A stretch of 64,000 nucleotides of DNA. Origin: Octopus bimaculoides. Its lineage: Eukaryota. The position numbers and the translations under genes were made by a program. The number at the start of each line of letters is the position of its first letter. Position 1 is the stretch's first letter. The notes beneath the pieces were generated by a model, which was not told the DNA's origin, searched no databases, and saw nothing but the letters and a program-made list of their open reading frames with translations. This document shows, piece by piece, positions 49,510 to 62,605 of this stretch. Where the stretch lies: NCBI RefSeq assembly GCF_001194135.2, contig NC_068994.1, positions 20,477,849 to 20,541,848 on the forward strand. Direction: 5' to 3'.

Positions 49510-50390
49510 CACATTCATCATCATCATCGATTAACGTCCATTTTCCATGCTGGCATGGGTTGGACAGTTTGACTGAGGTCTGGAGAGCCAGCGGCTGCAC
49601 CAGGCTCCAATCTGGTCTGGCACAGTTTCTACAACTGGATGCCCTTCCTAACGCCAACCACGAGAGTGTAGGGGCCAGTAAGGCAGGCCTGGCAACAATC
49701 ACGTTCGGATAGTGCTTTTCACATGCCACCAGCACAGGAGCCAGTTAGTGGATACTGGCATCAGTCACAATCGGTTGGTGCTTTTTACATACCAGTCAGG
49801 TGGACCTGGCATCAACTACGTTTGGATAGTGCTCTTTATATGCCATCGGCATGGGAGCCAGTCAGGGGGCACCGGCCCCAGCTATGGTATTGGTTTTACT
49901 TGACTCAACAGGTCTTCTCAAGCATCAGGAGTATTCTTAAAAGGGCTGGACATGCATGGCTGCGATCTCATTTTAGTTGCCGGGTCTTCTCAATCACTGT
50001 ATCTCCAAAGGTCCTGGTCTCCTGTCATTACCTCTGTGAGGCCCAATGTTCAAAGGTCATACTTCACCACCTCATCCCATGTCTTCCTGGCTCTACCTCT
50101 TCCACAGGTTCCTTCTACAGTTAGGGAGTGGCACTTCCTCACATAGCTGTCTTCATTCATACCTAACACATGGCCATACCAGAGCAGTCACCTCTCTTGC
50201 ACACCACATTTGATACTTCTTATGTCCAACTTTTCTATCAGGGCGCTTACACTCTGTCATGTATGCACACTGACATTACACATGTAGCAGATCATATGAG
50301 ATTCATTTCTTTCAAGCCTACACATGTCCTCAGCATTCGAGGCCCATATTTCATTGCTGTGTAGCATGGCAGTTCACAAATATGCATCAT
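49510..50390 (-). mobile_element. RTE LINE 3' end with tandemly repeated 3' UTR units and (GAT)n tail
   Basis: (CAT)n at 49515-49530; 50-70 bp imperfect repeats at 49690-49890; RTE C-terminal coding similarity at 50020-50390. Confidence 0.85.
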
Positions 50391-51399
50391 ACAGTCTACC
50401 TAGTTAGATTTTTAAAGCTCAATACATTACACAGGAAAACATTAACTTATTGTCTGTCTTGTAGATGGGCTCCCCAAATTTTTAGATTTTTAAACAGTGT
50501 GATTGTTTTAGCCTCGACAGTCACCAGCTGTGAAACCGTATTGTAAATTATTAACTTACAGTCAAAAGCATTTAAAAGTAAAGAAATGTTTTTTTTTTAA
50601 AGTAATTAAGGGAGAATAGTGGAAGATGGAATCTGATTTATAAAAGTTTGTTGATAGTGTATTAAAAAAATTATTATCCCAGATTATTGATTATTAAATT
50701 CAGATTAATAAATAAATATCATTTGCTTTTTTTCTTAAACTTGAACACAATAAATGGCCAAATTTTGATTGAAACAAATAATTAATTAATGTTTTAAGTG
50801 AGCATTGGTTTTGACAAGCAATATATGTCATAATTTACAACATAAGTGAAGCAGCTGTAACTGGGAACGAAAAGCAAGCAACACTTTTTTTGATTATTAA
50901 ACTACTATTTTAGGTTAAGGTTTATAAAGCTGACCCAAAATGATTCATTACTCCTAGAATAGTCAGCAACAGCAATTTTTGAAAAAATGCTTGCTTTCTC
51001 ATATAAGGAAAACAAAGAAAAGTACTAAATCATACACAAAAAAAAATGCATTTCTGGTTTGATCAGTTTTATTTTCATCAATATAAAGAATGTTTGGACA
51101 TAGCAATTTACTGTAATGTTCAAGCAATTAAAAACAAAGGATGTAATTTGTCAAAAAATAGATTCAGACACTCTCCTGGTTGACTAGAAAAATAGTTTAT
51201 AAAATTTGATTCATTCCATAGAATTTAAGGCATTTAAAATAAGCAAATAAATTTATAACTTTGACACTTTGGTAGAAAAGAAGTATCTTTAATTTAAGGC
51301 ACTAAGAATAATTCAAGGAAATAATAATGTTAATTATAAGTATTATTATAACTTTGATGACACATTTGTAGAGAAAAGACACATTCTCTTGAACCCACC

Positions 51400-54070
51400 C
51401 CAATGCATTAATGGTAGCACTTTTATCAATACAGTGGGGATAAAAGGTAAAATTGATCTCTGTTGGTATTTAAAATAATGAAGAGAAATAGCTGAAGGCA
51501 TTTAGTCTGACACCTACTGGATGAGCTACGCTATCCTTCTAAAAACAAATAATTTGACTGGTACTGATTTTAATGAACCCCTCTGCAGAGAGATGGAACA
51601 CAAATTTGACCCTGGCAAAGTTGTAACTGAAAACTAAGGTATTTCATCCACTCGCCGCATGTTTGATAACACATTTAATTGGTCCCTTATAGTGGAATGA
51701 AGCCACAGTTTTGTTGGAAAGGCATTTAGTTGATGAAGATCAAGCCCCTGTTTCAGTATGTGGCTGGTACTTATTTTAATAATGTGGTAGTAATAATATA
51801 ATCTACATAGACATAAGACTGATTGGTAAAGGATGAGGAATGTAACATTCATGCTTTTCTAGAGAGCATTCTTAAATGGATTGGCTCCCATGAGTATCCA
51901 AACTGAATAATAAATTCAGCTTACCTCTTCTCTTCAGTGGCAACAACAACAATTGTAACTGTTTCTGATTTAGGCATAAGGCCAGCATTTTTAGGGTGTG
52001 GGGTTTAGTCAATTAAATCAACTCCAGTACTTGACTGGTACTTTATGTTATTGACTTGGGAATGATTAAAGACAAAGCTGGCCTTCTTAGGATATAAACT
52101 CAAAATGTAAAGAACCAGAATAAATGCTGCAAGGCATTTTGCCAATGCTCGAACAATTCTACAAATCCTTTAATAATAATAATAAAACAGAATCTTGATT
52201 TTCTATTTGGTCAGAATTTTAATTCTTAGTGTATTTGGCCTCCTTTACCTGAAATATATTATCACTACTCATAAAAAAACACTCACAAAAAATGTTCAAC
52301 ATGCTGTTTCCTGAGGTTTCTGGGCAAGAATTGGAACAGCTCATATAAAACAAAGGAACAGCAACAATGGAATAATAATAATAAGCCTTTCTAATATAGG
52401 CACATGGCCTGAAATTTCAAGGGAGGAGTCAAGTCGATTATATCAACTCCAGTACTCAACTGGTACTTATTTTATCGATCCCCAAAAGGATGAAAGGTAA
52501 AGTTGACCTCAACAGAATTTGAACTCAGAACATAGACGGATGAAATGCCACAAAGCATTTTGCCCAGCATGCTAACAGTTCTGCCAGCTCACCACCTTAA
52601 TAATAATGATAATAATTTCTGGCTTATAGCCAAAAGCACAAATTTATAGAAGAAAGGTTTTCTAGATAAAAATATTTCTTATAACAGTGATAACTTCTGT
52701 TGGTAAAATGTAAATGGGAGAAGGATCTAGGTGAATCAACTCAGTATGTAACTGGTGCTTAATCAACTTTAGACAGATAACATTTTAAAGTCAGTTGCAG
52801 TAAAACTCAGTATGTTGAGTGACAAGAGTAAATGACATAAGGCATTAATACTACTTGTCAGTTCTAATATTTCACTGCTCTATATAATAATAAAAAATAT
52901 TTTCTAATATAGCACAAGTCTACATATTTTGGAAAAGGGTATAATCAATTTGAACTCAGAGCATAAATTAACATATCTGATTACTTCAGAGCAAAATAAT
53001 CTGCTGTGTCAAGTCTACTATCTACTGCCTTTAAGTAATAATAATGAACTATAATAAGATAATGGTTAGTTGATTAAACAGCTTCCCTATTCCTATATGT
53101 ATGCCACTTCTATTTATTTTATTGATATTTAAAGTTGGTTGAATATGGGCTACAAATATGTCTGGTACCTGTTCTATTGAGTCTGGAGGGATTTGAACTC
53201 AGTTTCCAAGGCATATATATTCCCCACCTGGATGGGACACCAGTTCCTCACAGGATTACTCATTTTTGCCAGCTGAGCGGACTGGAGCAACATGAAATGA
53301 AATGTTCTGCTAAAGAACACAATGCATTGCCTAGTCCAGGAATCAAAACCACAATCTTACAATCACAAGTCCAACACCATAACCACTAAGCCATGCATAA
53401 TAATGGTTTCAAATTTTGCCACAAAGGATAGCAATTTTGGGGCTGGGATGAGTCGATTACATCAACCCCGGTGTTTCACTGGTACTTAATTTACTGGCCC
53501 CCAAAAGGATGAAAGGTAAAGTCGGCCTCAGTGGAATTTGAACTCAAAACGTAGTGAAGGGAGAAATACTGCTAAGCATTTTGCCCAGTGTGCTAACGAT
53601 TCTGCCAGCTCACTGCCTTAATAACAGTAATAATTGTTTCTGATCTTGATACAAGACCTGCAATTTTGAGGGGAAGGGACAAATTGATTACATTGACCCG
53701 AACGAATACTGCCTGTATCAACCCCAAAAAGGATGAAAGGAAAGTTGACCATGGCAGAATTTCAACTCAGAATGTATAGAGTCAGAAGAAAATGCCACCA
53801 AGCATTTTGTCCAACATGCTAATGACCCTGCCAGCTTTTAAGATAATAACAGCCTTTAAAAATAATAACAACATATGCACAGACCACAAATTTTGCAGGT
53901 GGGTGGGGTTAATTATACCTACTCCAGTACTTCATTGATATTTTATTTTATTGACCCTAGAAGAATGGAATAGAAAGTTTACTTTAGTGGGACCTGAACC
54001 CAGAATGTAAAGAGATGTAACTAATTACAGCAAGGAATTTAATGTTGCTCTTCCCAGTTCTACCATTCAC
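51400..54070 (-). repeat. Dense co-oriented pile of about nine decayed SINE copies
   Basis: Repeated aattttggcacaaggccagc...cagtactcaactggtacttattttatcgacccc...atttgaactcagaa module separated by (AAT)n spacers. Confidence 0.85.
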
Positions 54071-54784
54071 CAAATAATAACTTTACTCTTATAGAAAACT
54101 AACAGAATTGGAGGAAGATAAAAATTTTCATTTTCACAATCATTCTAGTGACCATTAAAAGATTTTCTCACAATTAAAAATTTATACACTGATGTAAAAA
54201 TTTCACCAAAATAGGAATAAATGACAGTCGACACTTAATGAAAATGTGTGTGTATATAAGAAAAAAATACAAACATAAATACATTATACATAAGCAGATG
54301 TGTGTCCGTACATAAATATACATACAACTGCCTGTGAGTGTGTGCATATACATATATACACACACATACCATACATATATCCATACCATTCAAGATGCAT
54401 ATAGATTTATCTATATGCATTTATAAAAACAAGCATTTGTAAATACGTGTGTGTGTATGTATAATATTAAATTGGTAATTAAATGAAGACAGAGGAAGAA
54501 GAGGCAATCATACATAGTCACAAACACAGATACACATAGTTTTTTTTTTCTCTTTCTCTCTCTCAAACACACATTCTAAAAACAAAATAGAAATATATAT
54601 TTTCGTTTTGGATCGAAAGTGAAATATCAATGGAATTATGATGATAAACTACAAAAAACATAATCAAAATAGCAACAATGTAGCAGTAACATATAATACA
54701 GTAAAAACTGTAATGATTTTGTTCTACTGAGCTGAACTAGCATGACTAAACATTCTAGTCTATGGTCAGAAGTTACAGAGCCAG

Positions 54785-54962
54785 TTACAGCAAACTAATT
54801 GGTGCCAAACCATCTTCAGCCATTTTCCAAAGCTGATTTGAAAGTTGTTGAATATGAACAGAGATCAAGTTGGTTGGGACAATTCCCAGATGAATGCAGA
54901 TCAATTCCAAGCAGTGGACAGAGCCAGGGATAACTGTGGGAAAGCACTGTCGGATTAGTTGT
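54785..54962 (-). CDS. HPS1: Hermansky-Pudlak syndrome 1 protein homolog (BLOC-3 subunit), last coding exon
   Basis: ttcttttcacag|A CAA CTA...; (R)QLIRQCFPTVIPGSVHCLELICIHLGIVPTNLISVHIQQLSNQLWKMAEDGLAPISLL* resembles the recalled HPS1 C-terminus (RCYELLALHLSVIPTDLL...LARRLWE). Confidence 0.9.
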
Positions 54963-55514
54963 CTGTGAAAAGAAGAAATTAAAAAAAATATATAGAAGTT
55001 ACTTATACAGTACTGGACCACTTATACAACTTCCAGAAATCAGGAATTGAGTCACCTAGGTATCAGAAGCTACCAAATACTCCTACAGAGCTGCCCAGGC
55101 ACTTGGGAGAATATATTTGTGTATTTATAGCCCTTGTGCACCTTCCAACATGCTTGTTATTCCACTACACCACTCATAGGTCCATTGATTACACTGGGTA
55201 CAGCATAAGGAATTTCCTTCCTATTTCTTTTCCGCAGAGTCATTTTCCTGATAGTAGCAGAGTCGTGTCTTCTCTCCCACTGACCAAAACTAGTCTTTGC
55301 TAAGTTTACTTTAAGACTATTCCAGGTTGTACTTCCATGTCTGAAACTTCTTCCACACATACATAATTATATACATTGTATATAAAAATATAAAAATATT
55401 TATCAAATATAGTAGCCGTCTGGGTCGCCAGTCGCCAGTCCCCAGTCAAATTGTCCAACCCATGCTAGCATGGAAAGCGGATGTTAAATGATGATGATGA
55501 GGAGGAGGAGGAAG

Positions 55515-55905
55515 AGCAAGCATGGCTGTGTGGTAAGAAGTTTGTTTCCTAACCCCATGATTCCAGGTTTAGTCCCACTGCATGACACCTTGGGCAAGTG
55601 TCTTCTACTATAGCCTAAGGCTGACCAAAGTCTTGTGAGTAGATTTGGTAGATGGAAACTGAAAGAAGCCCATTACATATATATGTGTGCGTCTTTGTGT
55701 TGTGTTTGTCCCCCACCACTGCTTGACAACTGGTGTTGATGTGTTTATGTCCCCATAACTTACCAGTTCAGCAAAACTGACCAATAGAATAAATACTAGG
55801 CTTAAAAAAAATAAGTCCTGAGGTTGATTTATTTGACTAAAAAAACCCTTCAAAGCGGTGCCCCAGCATAGCTGCAGTCAAATGACTGAAACAAATAAAA
55901 GATAA
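55515..55905 (+). repeat. Full-length tRNA-derived CORE-type SINE
   Basis: tRNA-like head, ccttgggcaagtgtcttctactatagcc core, and the family 3' tail ending aaataaaagataaaga. Confidence 0.85.
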
Positions 55906-55916
55906 AGAAATCTCAC

Positions 55917-55999
55917 CTATAGAGATTACCACAAAGAATTCCAGGAGGAGGTGAATGAGACAAAGGCTTGTATGGTTGCTGAACTACAAGTGGATTATG
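55917..55999 (-). CDS. HPS1: HPS1 83-nt exon (HNPLVVQQPYKPLSHSPPPGILCGNLY-R)
   Basis: tatttttgcag|CAT...TAT AG|gtgaga; phase 0 to phase 2 bridges the flanking exons; PGILCGNLY aligns to the HPS1 PIGMLGGDYY segment. Confidence 0.85.
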
Positions 56000-56894
56000 C
56001 TGCAAAAATACAGACAATACAAAATATTTCATCTAACAACACAAGCAAAATTATAACATTTAAGAAATATATGAAAATTAATTATGCACTTGTGATTTTA
56101 GAAGTAACAAGTGTAAATTAAATTGTGTGGAAAGTATGATAAGTTCCTTTTCTTTTTGTTATTGTTGGTTTAAAGTTTAACGGCATTTCGTTCGTCTTTA
56201 CATTCTGAGTTCAAATGCTACCAGGGTTGACTTTGCCTTTCATCCTTTCTGAGTCAATAAAATAAGTACCAGTTGAGCACTGGGTCAATGTAATCGAATT
56301 AACCTCTACTCCAAAATTATTGGCCTTGTGCCAAAATTGTCTTTGGACAGTAAGTGTTATTTCCTATTTACTTCTATCCAGAAATCAAAGGAAATGACTA
56401 CTATTCCCTTCAAACTTTGTTTCTGTGACTCAATCATCAATGTTGTGAAACTGATCTATTTTCCATTTTATTTCAGACAGATTCAGTACAGAGTTGCTGA
56501 AGCAGAAATATTGTTATAACAAATATTCTGCTCAATATCACAGATTTGCTTGTCAATTGCTTGACCATAACCACTTGAGTATGTCCCTTAGTGGCTGACA
56601 ATATGTGCATCTCTGATCATGAGCAGGAGTAATGGGGGAGCCTCATAGCCATGTGTTCAGAGGGATTCTTTGGGATTTGAATAAATATAACAAAGGCAAA
56701 GTGTGAAGGAAATATTAGCCATTGTTATACTTTCTAGGGGTAAGCAAATAGGAAATAACAGTCACTGCCCAAGGACAAAAATCATGTTACATAATGTTAT
56801 TATTGGTTTGAAGGCAGGGCTACAAATCAATAATACTGGTGAGATTGATATAGCGTTCGTTTTAAATAGCTGTAAGTTGACTGTTTTAGGAAAA

Positions 56895-59800
56895 TGTTGT
56901 AGGGAATTAATAATAATGGTACACCCCTCCCACATGATGAGTGGAATAACCTACACTGAACCGCAAAAGAAACACGATTTTTTCAAATGTCATTTCTATA
57001 TGGTAAATTCTGAAAAGTTATTTTAGGGATGTAAGTGTAAATATTTCAAGACATGCTGGTATATGGTTGAGACCCAAATTGCAGATAACCTTTCAACTTT
57101 CTCTGAAATGCCGTGGGTGGTAGTCGCAAACAATTGTCATGAAAACCAAAATGCATGTGCATCTCATGGAGATTATGGGTATAAAAATCAACTTGAACCG
57201 TGTTCCTGATATTTGTAATTTGGATGCATCAGGTATGACCTGATTACCAGCAGCGCAGAGGGAACAAGCAATTGACCGATTGCAAGCAGGGCAGTGTGCC
57301 CTGGTCACTGCAAAAACTTACAATGTCCATGTCAGCACCATCTATCACCTGCAACAGTGATACAACAACACCAACAGCACTGCAGACCATGCTCAGGGTG
57401 TAGGCACAAGTGCCAATGGCTTTTGTGAACTGCCTCACACACTTCCTGTACCAATGGTGTATGGCCATTTTGAATGCCCAGGGAGGGCAGACATGGTACT
57501 GAACATGTCAAGCCCTACAATCTCAATGTGCTGGATCCACAGAACACATGACAACAACCCATAGACTGTGGTCAAAGGGCATCCAAGAAAGTGACTTTAT
57601 CGGATTTATCAAAATTTATCTCTGACATAATGAAATTAAAACATAACAAAATTTCACAGTCACACACGTCTCGCATTTCTTTTGTGGTTCAGTGTAGTCA
57701 CTACAAGTAAAGAGAAGTACATGAAGTACCAGAGTACGTAGTAGGCGGAAGAGATAGTCATGTCTTTACTGATTTTACTAAGAATACTGTAGACCAAGGT
57801 GGACGTTATAACTATCCAACATTTTCAGGAATATAACAGTGGCAACGAGGATTTAAACAACTCATGAGGAATTAATAAACTTGATGAGTATTTTAACAAC
57901 TCACAAGGAGTTGACAAACTCACAAAAGATTTTGTTGTGCGAATTTTATGAAAAAAATTGTAAAATTATGGAAAATTTGTTGGCCAGTTCGCTTGAGTTG
58001 CAAAAAGAGCAGCAACAGCAACTGAAAGAACAACAGCAGCAGCAAATAAAACTGCAAGAGCAACAACAAATATTACAGCAATAAATGCCACAATTACTGA
58101 AGTCGTCAGGAAAGTCAGAAAAAGTGTTCTCGACAGACTATGAAGCGAACTCCATAACAGAGTGCAAATAGACCCTGACGAAGGAGTTACCTTCAAAGCA
58201 CACTACAGAAGAGATGAACAAATCTTCGAGAAAGAATATAAAGATTGTTGCAACAACGAGATGAAAACGTGCTTAATCTTGAGAAATCTGGTGGCAACAG
58301 AACATGAATGACGCAGTAATTATGTACTTCCAAGAAGCCTTCAGACATAAACTTTAATGACACAACAGATATATTATGTAAAATATTTAGTGAAAAAAGC
58401 TCATTGTTCAACACATGTTGGAAGTGTCTGAACACAGAGAAAAACAACAATGAGGACTACATCACATATACTGGTAAAGTAAACAGGGAATGCGAGAAGT
58501 TTAAAGTGGATGAATTAACACTATGTATGTTCAAATGCCTGATTTTTACACAGGGACTAACTGCAGTAAAAGACACAGAAGTTAGAACTAGAATTCTCAC
58601 TAAGTGGGAACAAAACCAGGATGTATCCCTACAACAAGTGTCAAAAGAATGTGAAAGGATAGTCAAATTAAGACACAACACAGAGGAAACTGAACATAAA
58701 GATTGTTTCCAAGTAAAACAAGTCAGAATAGAGATGAAGTGTTTTTTTAAAAATCACGACAAAAATCAGGAAATAAACCTGTGTTTTGCATGTAGACGTA
58801 TACACCTGAGGAAAAATTGTCCATTTAAAACAGCGGAGTGCGTTCATTGTGGAAATATAGGACATATAAAGATACACTGTAGAACAAAGATGACAAAACA
58901 TTAGAACAAAGGAGAAAGAATAAAAAGTATGTCATCAGAAGAAATTAGTAATATAACGATGAAATTCATGAAGGTGAAAATTAGAAATACAAGTGTTAAA
59001 ATGCAGTTGGACACTGGTAGTGATATCAGTATTATAAACAAAAAAAATTGGAAATATGTTGGTAAGCCGAAATTAATTAAATTGTAAAAGGTAGCACATG
59101 GTGTTACAGGAAAAAGATTATATTTTTTCGGTGAATTCATATGTAATGTAACATTTCAAGGTCAAACGAAAAAGGCAAAGACATGTATTAAAAGATTCCC
59201 TTAATCTATTTGGCACAGAGTGAACGGAACTATTCAAATTGTGGGATACACCCATAAGTGTTTTGTGTGGGAATATAGTTGAGTTAGTCAAAGGTTCAAA
59301 TGAGGCCAAAGGATTGAAACAAAAAGTTTTTTAATTATTTCCAGATGTTCTTTTGGAAGAACTGGCAAGTTGTACAAAAGCAAAAGCTAAGACCACTGTA
59401 AAACGAAGTACAACATCGGTCTTTAAGCCAAAACGAAATGAAAAATTGCCCACAATAAAAAGTAAACATTGTTCAAAAGTAGATGTTCCATGGTCGAGAC
59501 TGCACATCGGTTGTGTTGATCTTTTAAATGGTTCTTACTACTTAGTGGTAGTTGATAGTTTCTTGAAATGGCTAGAAATTTTTAAGTATAAAAAAGTGAA
59601 CCTCCTCAGCTATATAAATTTTTTACACGAATTCTTTGCAAGATTTGGTATCCCAGACAAGATAGTGTCTGACAATGGAATGCAATTTGTGTCTAGTGAA
59701 TTTAAAAGATTTTGTGAAACGTTCGTGGTAGAACATATAACTACAGCACCATACCACCCTAGATCTAACTAACAAGCAGAACACTTTGTCGATACCTTCA

Positions 59801-60604
59801 AAAGAGCCCTAAGAAATTCGAATAAGGAAGCCATGAATAAGGTAGCTCTACAACAATTTTTAAGAGTGTACCATGTGACACCAAATCCAAAAACACCAGC
59901 AGGTAAATCACCTGCAGAGTTGATGTTTGCAAGGAAAGTAAAATCAGTCTTTGAGAAATTGCTACCTGGCAAGAAATGAAAAAGTGCCAAGGAAGACATA
60001 GCAAGATTGTTTAAAGTTGGCGGAACAGTGTATATAAGGGCATACAAGAATGGCAAGCAGAGTTGGGAAGATGGCATAATTACCAAATTCATAGGTAAAA
60101 TATTGAGTAAAAAGTAGAAAAGGCAGAGGAAAGAAACATAGAAACCAACTGAAAAAGAGACTTGTGGAAAGCGAACCAAAGAAGCTGGAGGAACCAATGA
60201 AATGGTTGTACGATACATTTTAAGTACCAACGCCACTGCAGGTGAATGAATGCAGGCATTCAAGTGTGAGGAAAAGAAAACAGAGTTCCTGAAAATAGAT
60301 GCCAAACACAAAAAAATATTAAAATTGTACAAAAAAACTCAAGAAAAGGGAGGCGAAGTGGATGAAAAAATTATTGCTAAATGAAATGACACTTCCTAAG
60401 AAAAACTTAAAAGGAAAGATGTTGTAGGGAATTAGTAATAATGGTACACCCCTTCCACGTGACAAATGGAATAACATAGTCACTATAAGTAAAGAGAAGT
60501 ACGTGAAGTCCTGGAGTACATAGTAGGTGGAAGAGATAGTTGTGTCTTTACTGATTTTACTAAGTATATTGTATACCAAAGTGGACATTTTAAGGAATGT
60601 AACA
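56895..60604 (+). mobile_element. Ty3/Gypsy provirus with both LTRs, lacking RT/RNase H, inside an HPS1 intron
   Basis: TG...CA LTRs 56895-57838 (interrupted) and 60420-60604; 5-bp TSD GAAAA (56890-56894, 60605-60609); PBS-like TGGCAACGAGG 57840-57850; PPT AAAAGGAAAGA; gag zinc knuckle (C..CGNIGHIKIHC), protease QLDTGSDISII, integrase PWSRLH...VSDNGMQF...YHPRSN. Confidence 0.95.
56954..57694 (+). mobile_element. Tc1-like deletion derivative nested in the Gypsy 5' LTR
   Basis: TA|CACTGAACCGCAAAAGAAA... and ...TTTCTTTTGTGGTTCAGTG|TA; REQAIDRLQAG...VHVSTIYHLQQ is a Tc1 N-terminal HTH; removing it restores the LTR. Confidence 0.92.
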
Positions 60605-60832
60605 GAAAAACATGGACAGGATGGGAATTCTAAAAGGCCCTTGTTCTGGGGAAGAAGAAATGTGTAGTGATTGATGTGAGGCCTTGGGATGGTGATTTAA
60701 TATAATGAAAATGTTTTTTTATTAAATAAGTATAAAATGAGTGGTTGCCATCATCATCATCATTGCACCTTTTTACTTAGACACAAAAACCAACCTTTTT
60801 GGTAATATTTCAAACCTGTAATTCACCTTTAT

Positions 60833-61125
60833 ATATGGCTTAGTGGCTAGGGTGTTGAACTCACAATTGCGAGATCATGGGTTCAATTCCCAGACCAGGC
60901 ATTGCATTGTGTTCTTGAGCAAAACAACTTCATTTTACGTTGCTCTGTGATCATTTCGACATCTGACATGTGGTACTTAGTTGCACCTGTACAGGTAATG
61001 TCAATTTGATGGAAGGAGTGAGCTTATGTCAACACAAACATCTGATCACTATAAACAAATCATCTGTGTGGTTGTTTGGTAAGAAATTGTTGAACTCTCA
61101 TATGTCATCTAATGACAGGAGAGTC
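60833..61125 (+). repeat. tRNA-derived SINE
   Basis: A box TGGCTTAGTGG, B box GGTTCAATTCC, shared gtgttcttgagcaaaac core, (TA)n after the end. Confidence 0.75.
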
Positions 61126-61128
61126 TAT

Positions 61129-61175
<47 letters not shown>

Positions 61176-61715
61176 GGGATAAGTCAATTACATCAATGAC
61201 CCCAGTACTCAACTGGTACTTATTTTATTGACCCTGAAGGGATGAAAAGTAAAGTCAATCTCAGCATAATTTGAACTCAGAATGTAAAGACGGACGAAAT
61301 GCTGCTAAGCATTTTCCCAGCATGCTTACGATTCTGCCAGCTTACTGCCTTAGTATGTATATATGTCTATTGGCAGAGTCATGGCTTCTATAGCAAGAAT
61401 GGCCTGCCTAGGATCTTGGTCACCACAAAATGAAAATCATCAGCTTAGATCAGATGAGAAAGAAATCAAAATTTAAAATTTCTCTATATCATAGTCAAAA
61501 TAAAATACATCACTCTCCTAATCATGTATATCAGCACTGGGTGAACAAGACCTTTCTTAGGGGTACTGATAGTATGAAAAAGCTATCACCAGGAGTATAA
61601 TATGGATTGCAAAAGCAATTTATCATAAGCTTACTAATGACACTATAGCGCTTACCAATAAACTACTATAGAAGACATCAAAATAGAATAAAAGAAGAAA
61701 TGTTATTTTTTTTAC

Positions 61716-61829
61716 CGAGTTATCTTCAAACCACAAGTAATAAGATATGAAGAAGTCTCCATCTCTAAGCAGAACTGTCGTATAACCTTGAGATAATTTC
61801 TGTTGCATGAAATGAGCTACTTTCCAAAT
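61716..61829 (-). CDS. HPS1: HPS1 114-nt exon (IWKVAHFMQQKLSQGYTTVLLRDGDFFISYYLWFEDNS)
   Basis: ttttaaacatgctag|ATT...TCG|gtaaaa; strong match to the HPS1 GYTTLLF.EGDFYCSYFLWFEND motif. Confidence 0.93.
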
Positions 61830-62074
61830 CTAGCATGTTTAAAAGAGAAAGAAAGAAAATTATTGATCTATTTATTATTAAGGTAGGATTCTCCAAAGAA
61901 TAAATCTTTATTTCTGTTTCTAACAAAGGTAGTGGATAGATAGAATATCAGCAAAAAGTTTAAAAAAAGTGAATGTTACATGGGACTAGAGCCCATATTT
62001 TTAACTAGAAGTATTCAAGCAAACAATCCTTGAATATATTTAACTGGTTTTGGTACTCTGCATACTTAGTTAAA

Positions 62075-62289
62075 ATTTATCCTCAATTAAACATGGCTGC
62101 TCCGCAATAAAAACCATGAGAGAAACTCTCATATGGGCTTTTCATGTAAAACACATGCTTGTTTATATTACTAGTGATATAAGCAAGCATGCATTTTTGC
62201 ATTAAAAGTCCATATCAGAGTTTCTCTCATGGTATCTACCACAGTATAGTTTGTTCTAACAGAACGTCCATGTTTAAGTGGGGATAAAT
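62075..62289. repeat. Long intronic palindrome / foldback element
   Basis: 62113-62172 pairs with 62173-62233 about the centre ACTAGT; outer arms atttatcc..ttaaacatgg / ccatgtttaa..ggataaat. Confidence 0.9.
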
Positions 62290-62466
62290 ATTATCTCTCA
62301 ATATTAACACTGCATCTATCACTAATATATATTACTTAGTTAGAATGTGAAATATTTGTGTAAATGAATACAACTATACCCATATACACACACTTTCAAA
62401 GAATCTATTCTCTCACTACATATCTGCCAGGGAAGGGATAAATAATTTCACAGATTAATACTTAAC

Positions 62467-62605
62467 CTTTTTCTTGAGAAACAAAGTTGCCTTGTAAGCT
62501 TCTGGTTTATCATCAGGATCTATATTTAGTGCAGGAGCAATGACTTGATTTGTTGTACGGTCAACAAATATAAAGAATACCATTCCTGGGAAGTCTTGGA
62601 TATAA
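62467..62605 (-). CDS. HPS1: HPS1 139-nt exon ((S)YIQDFPGMVFFIFVDRTTNQVIAPALN...LFLKKK)
   Basis: atatatcag|T TAT ATC...AAG|gttaag; matches the HPS1 [28 protein letters not shown] segment. Confidence 0.93.

Noticed and set aside
51400-54070. CRISPR-like repeat-spacer array
   Set aside because: Units are about 200-bp diverged SINE copies in a eukaryotic spliced-gene context, with no cas genes.
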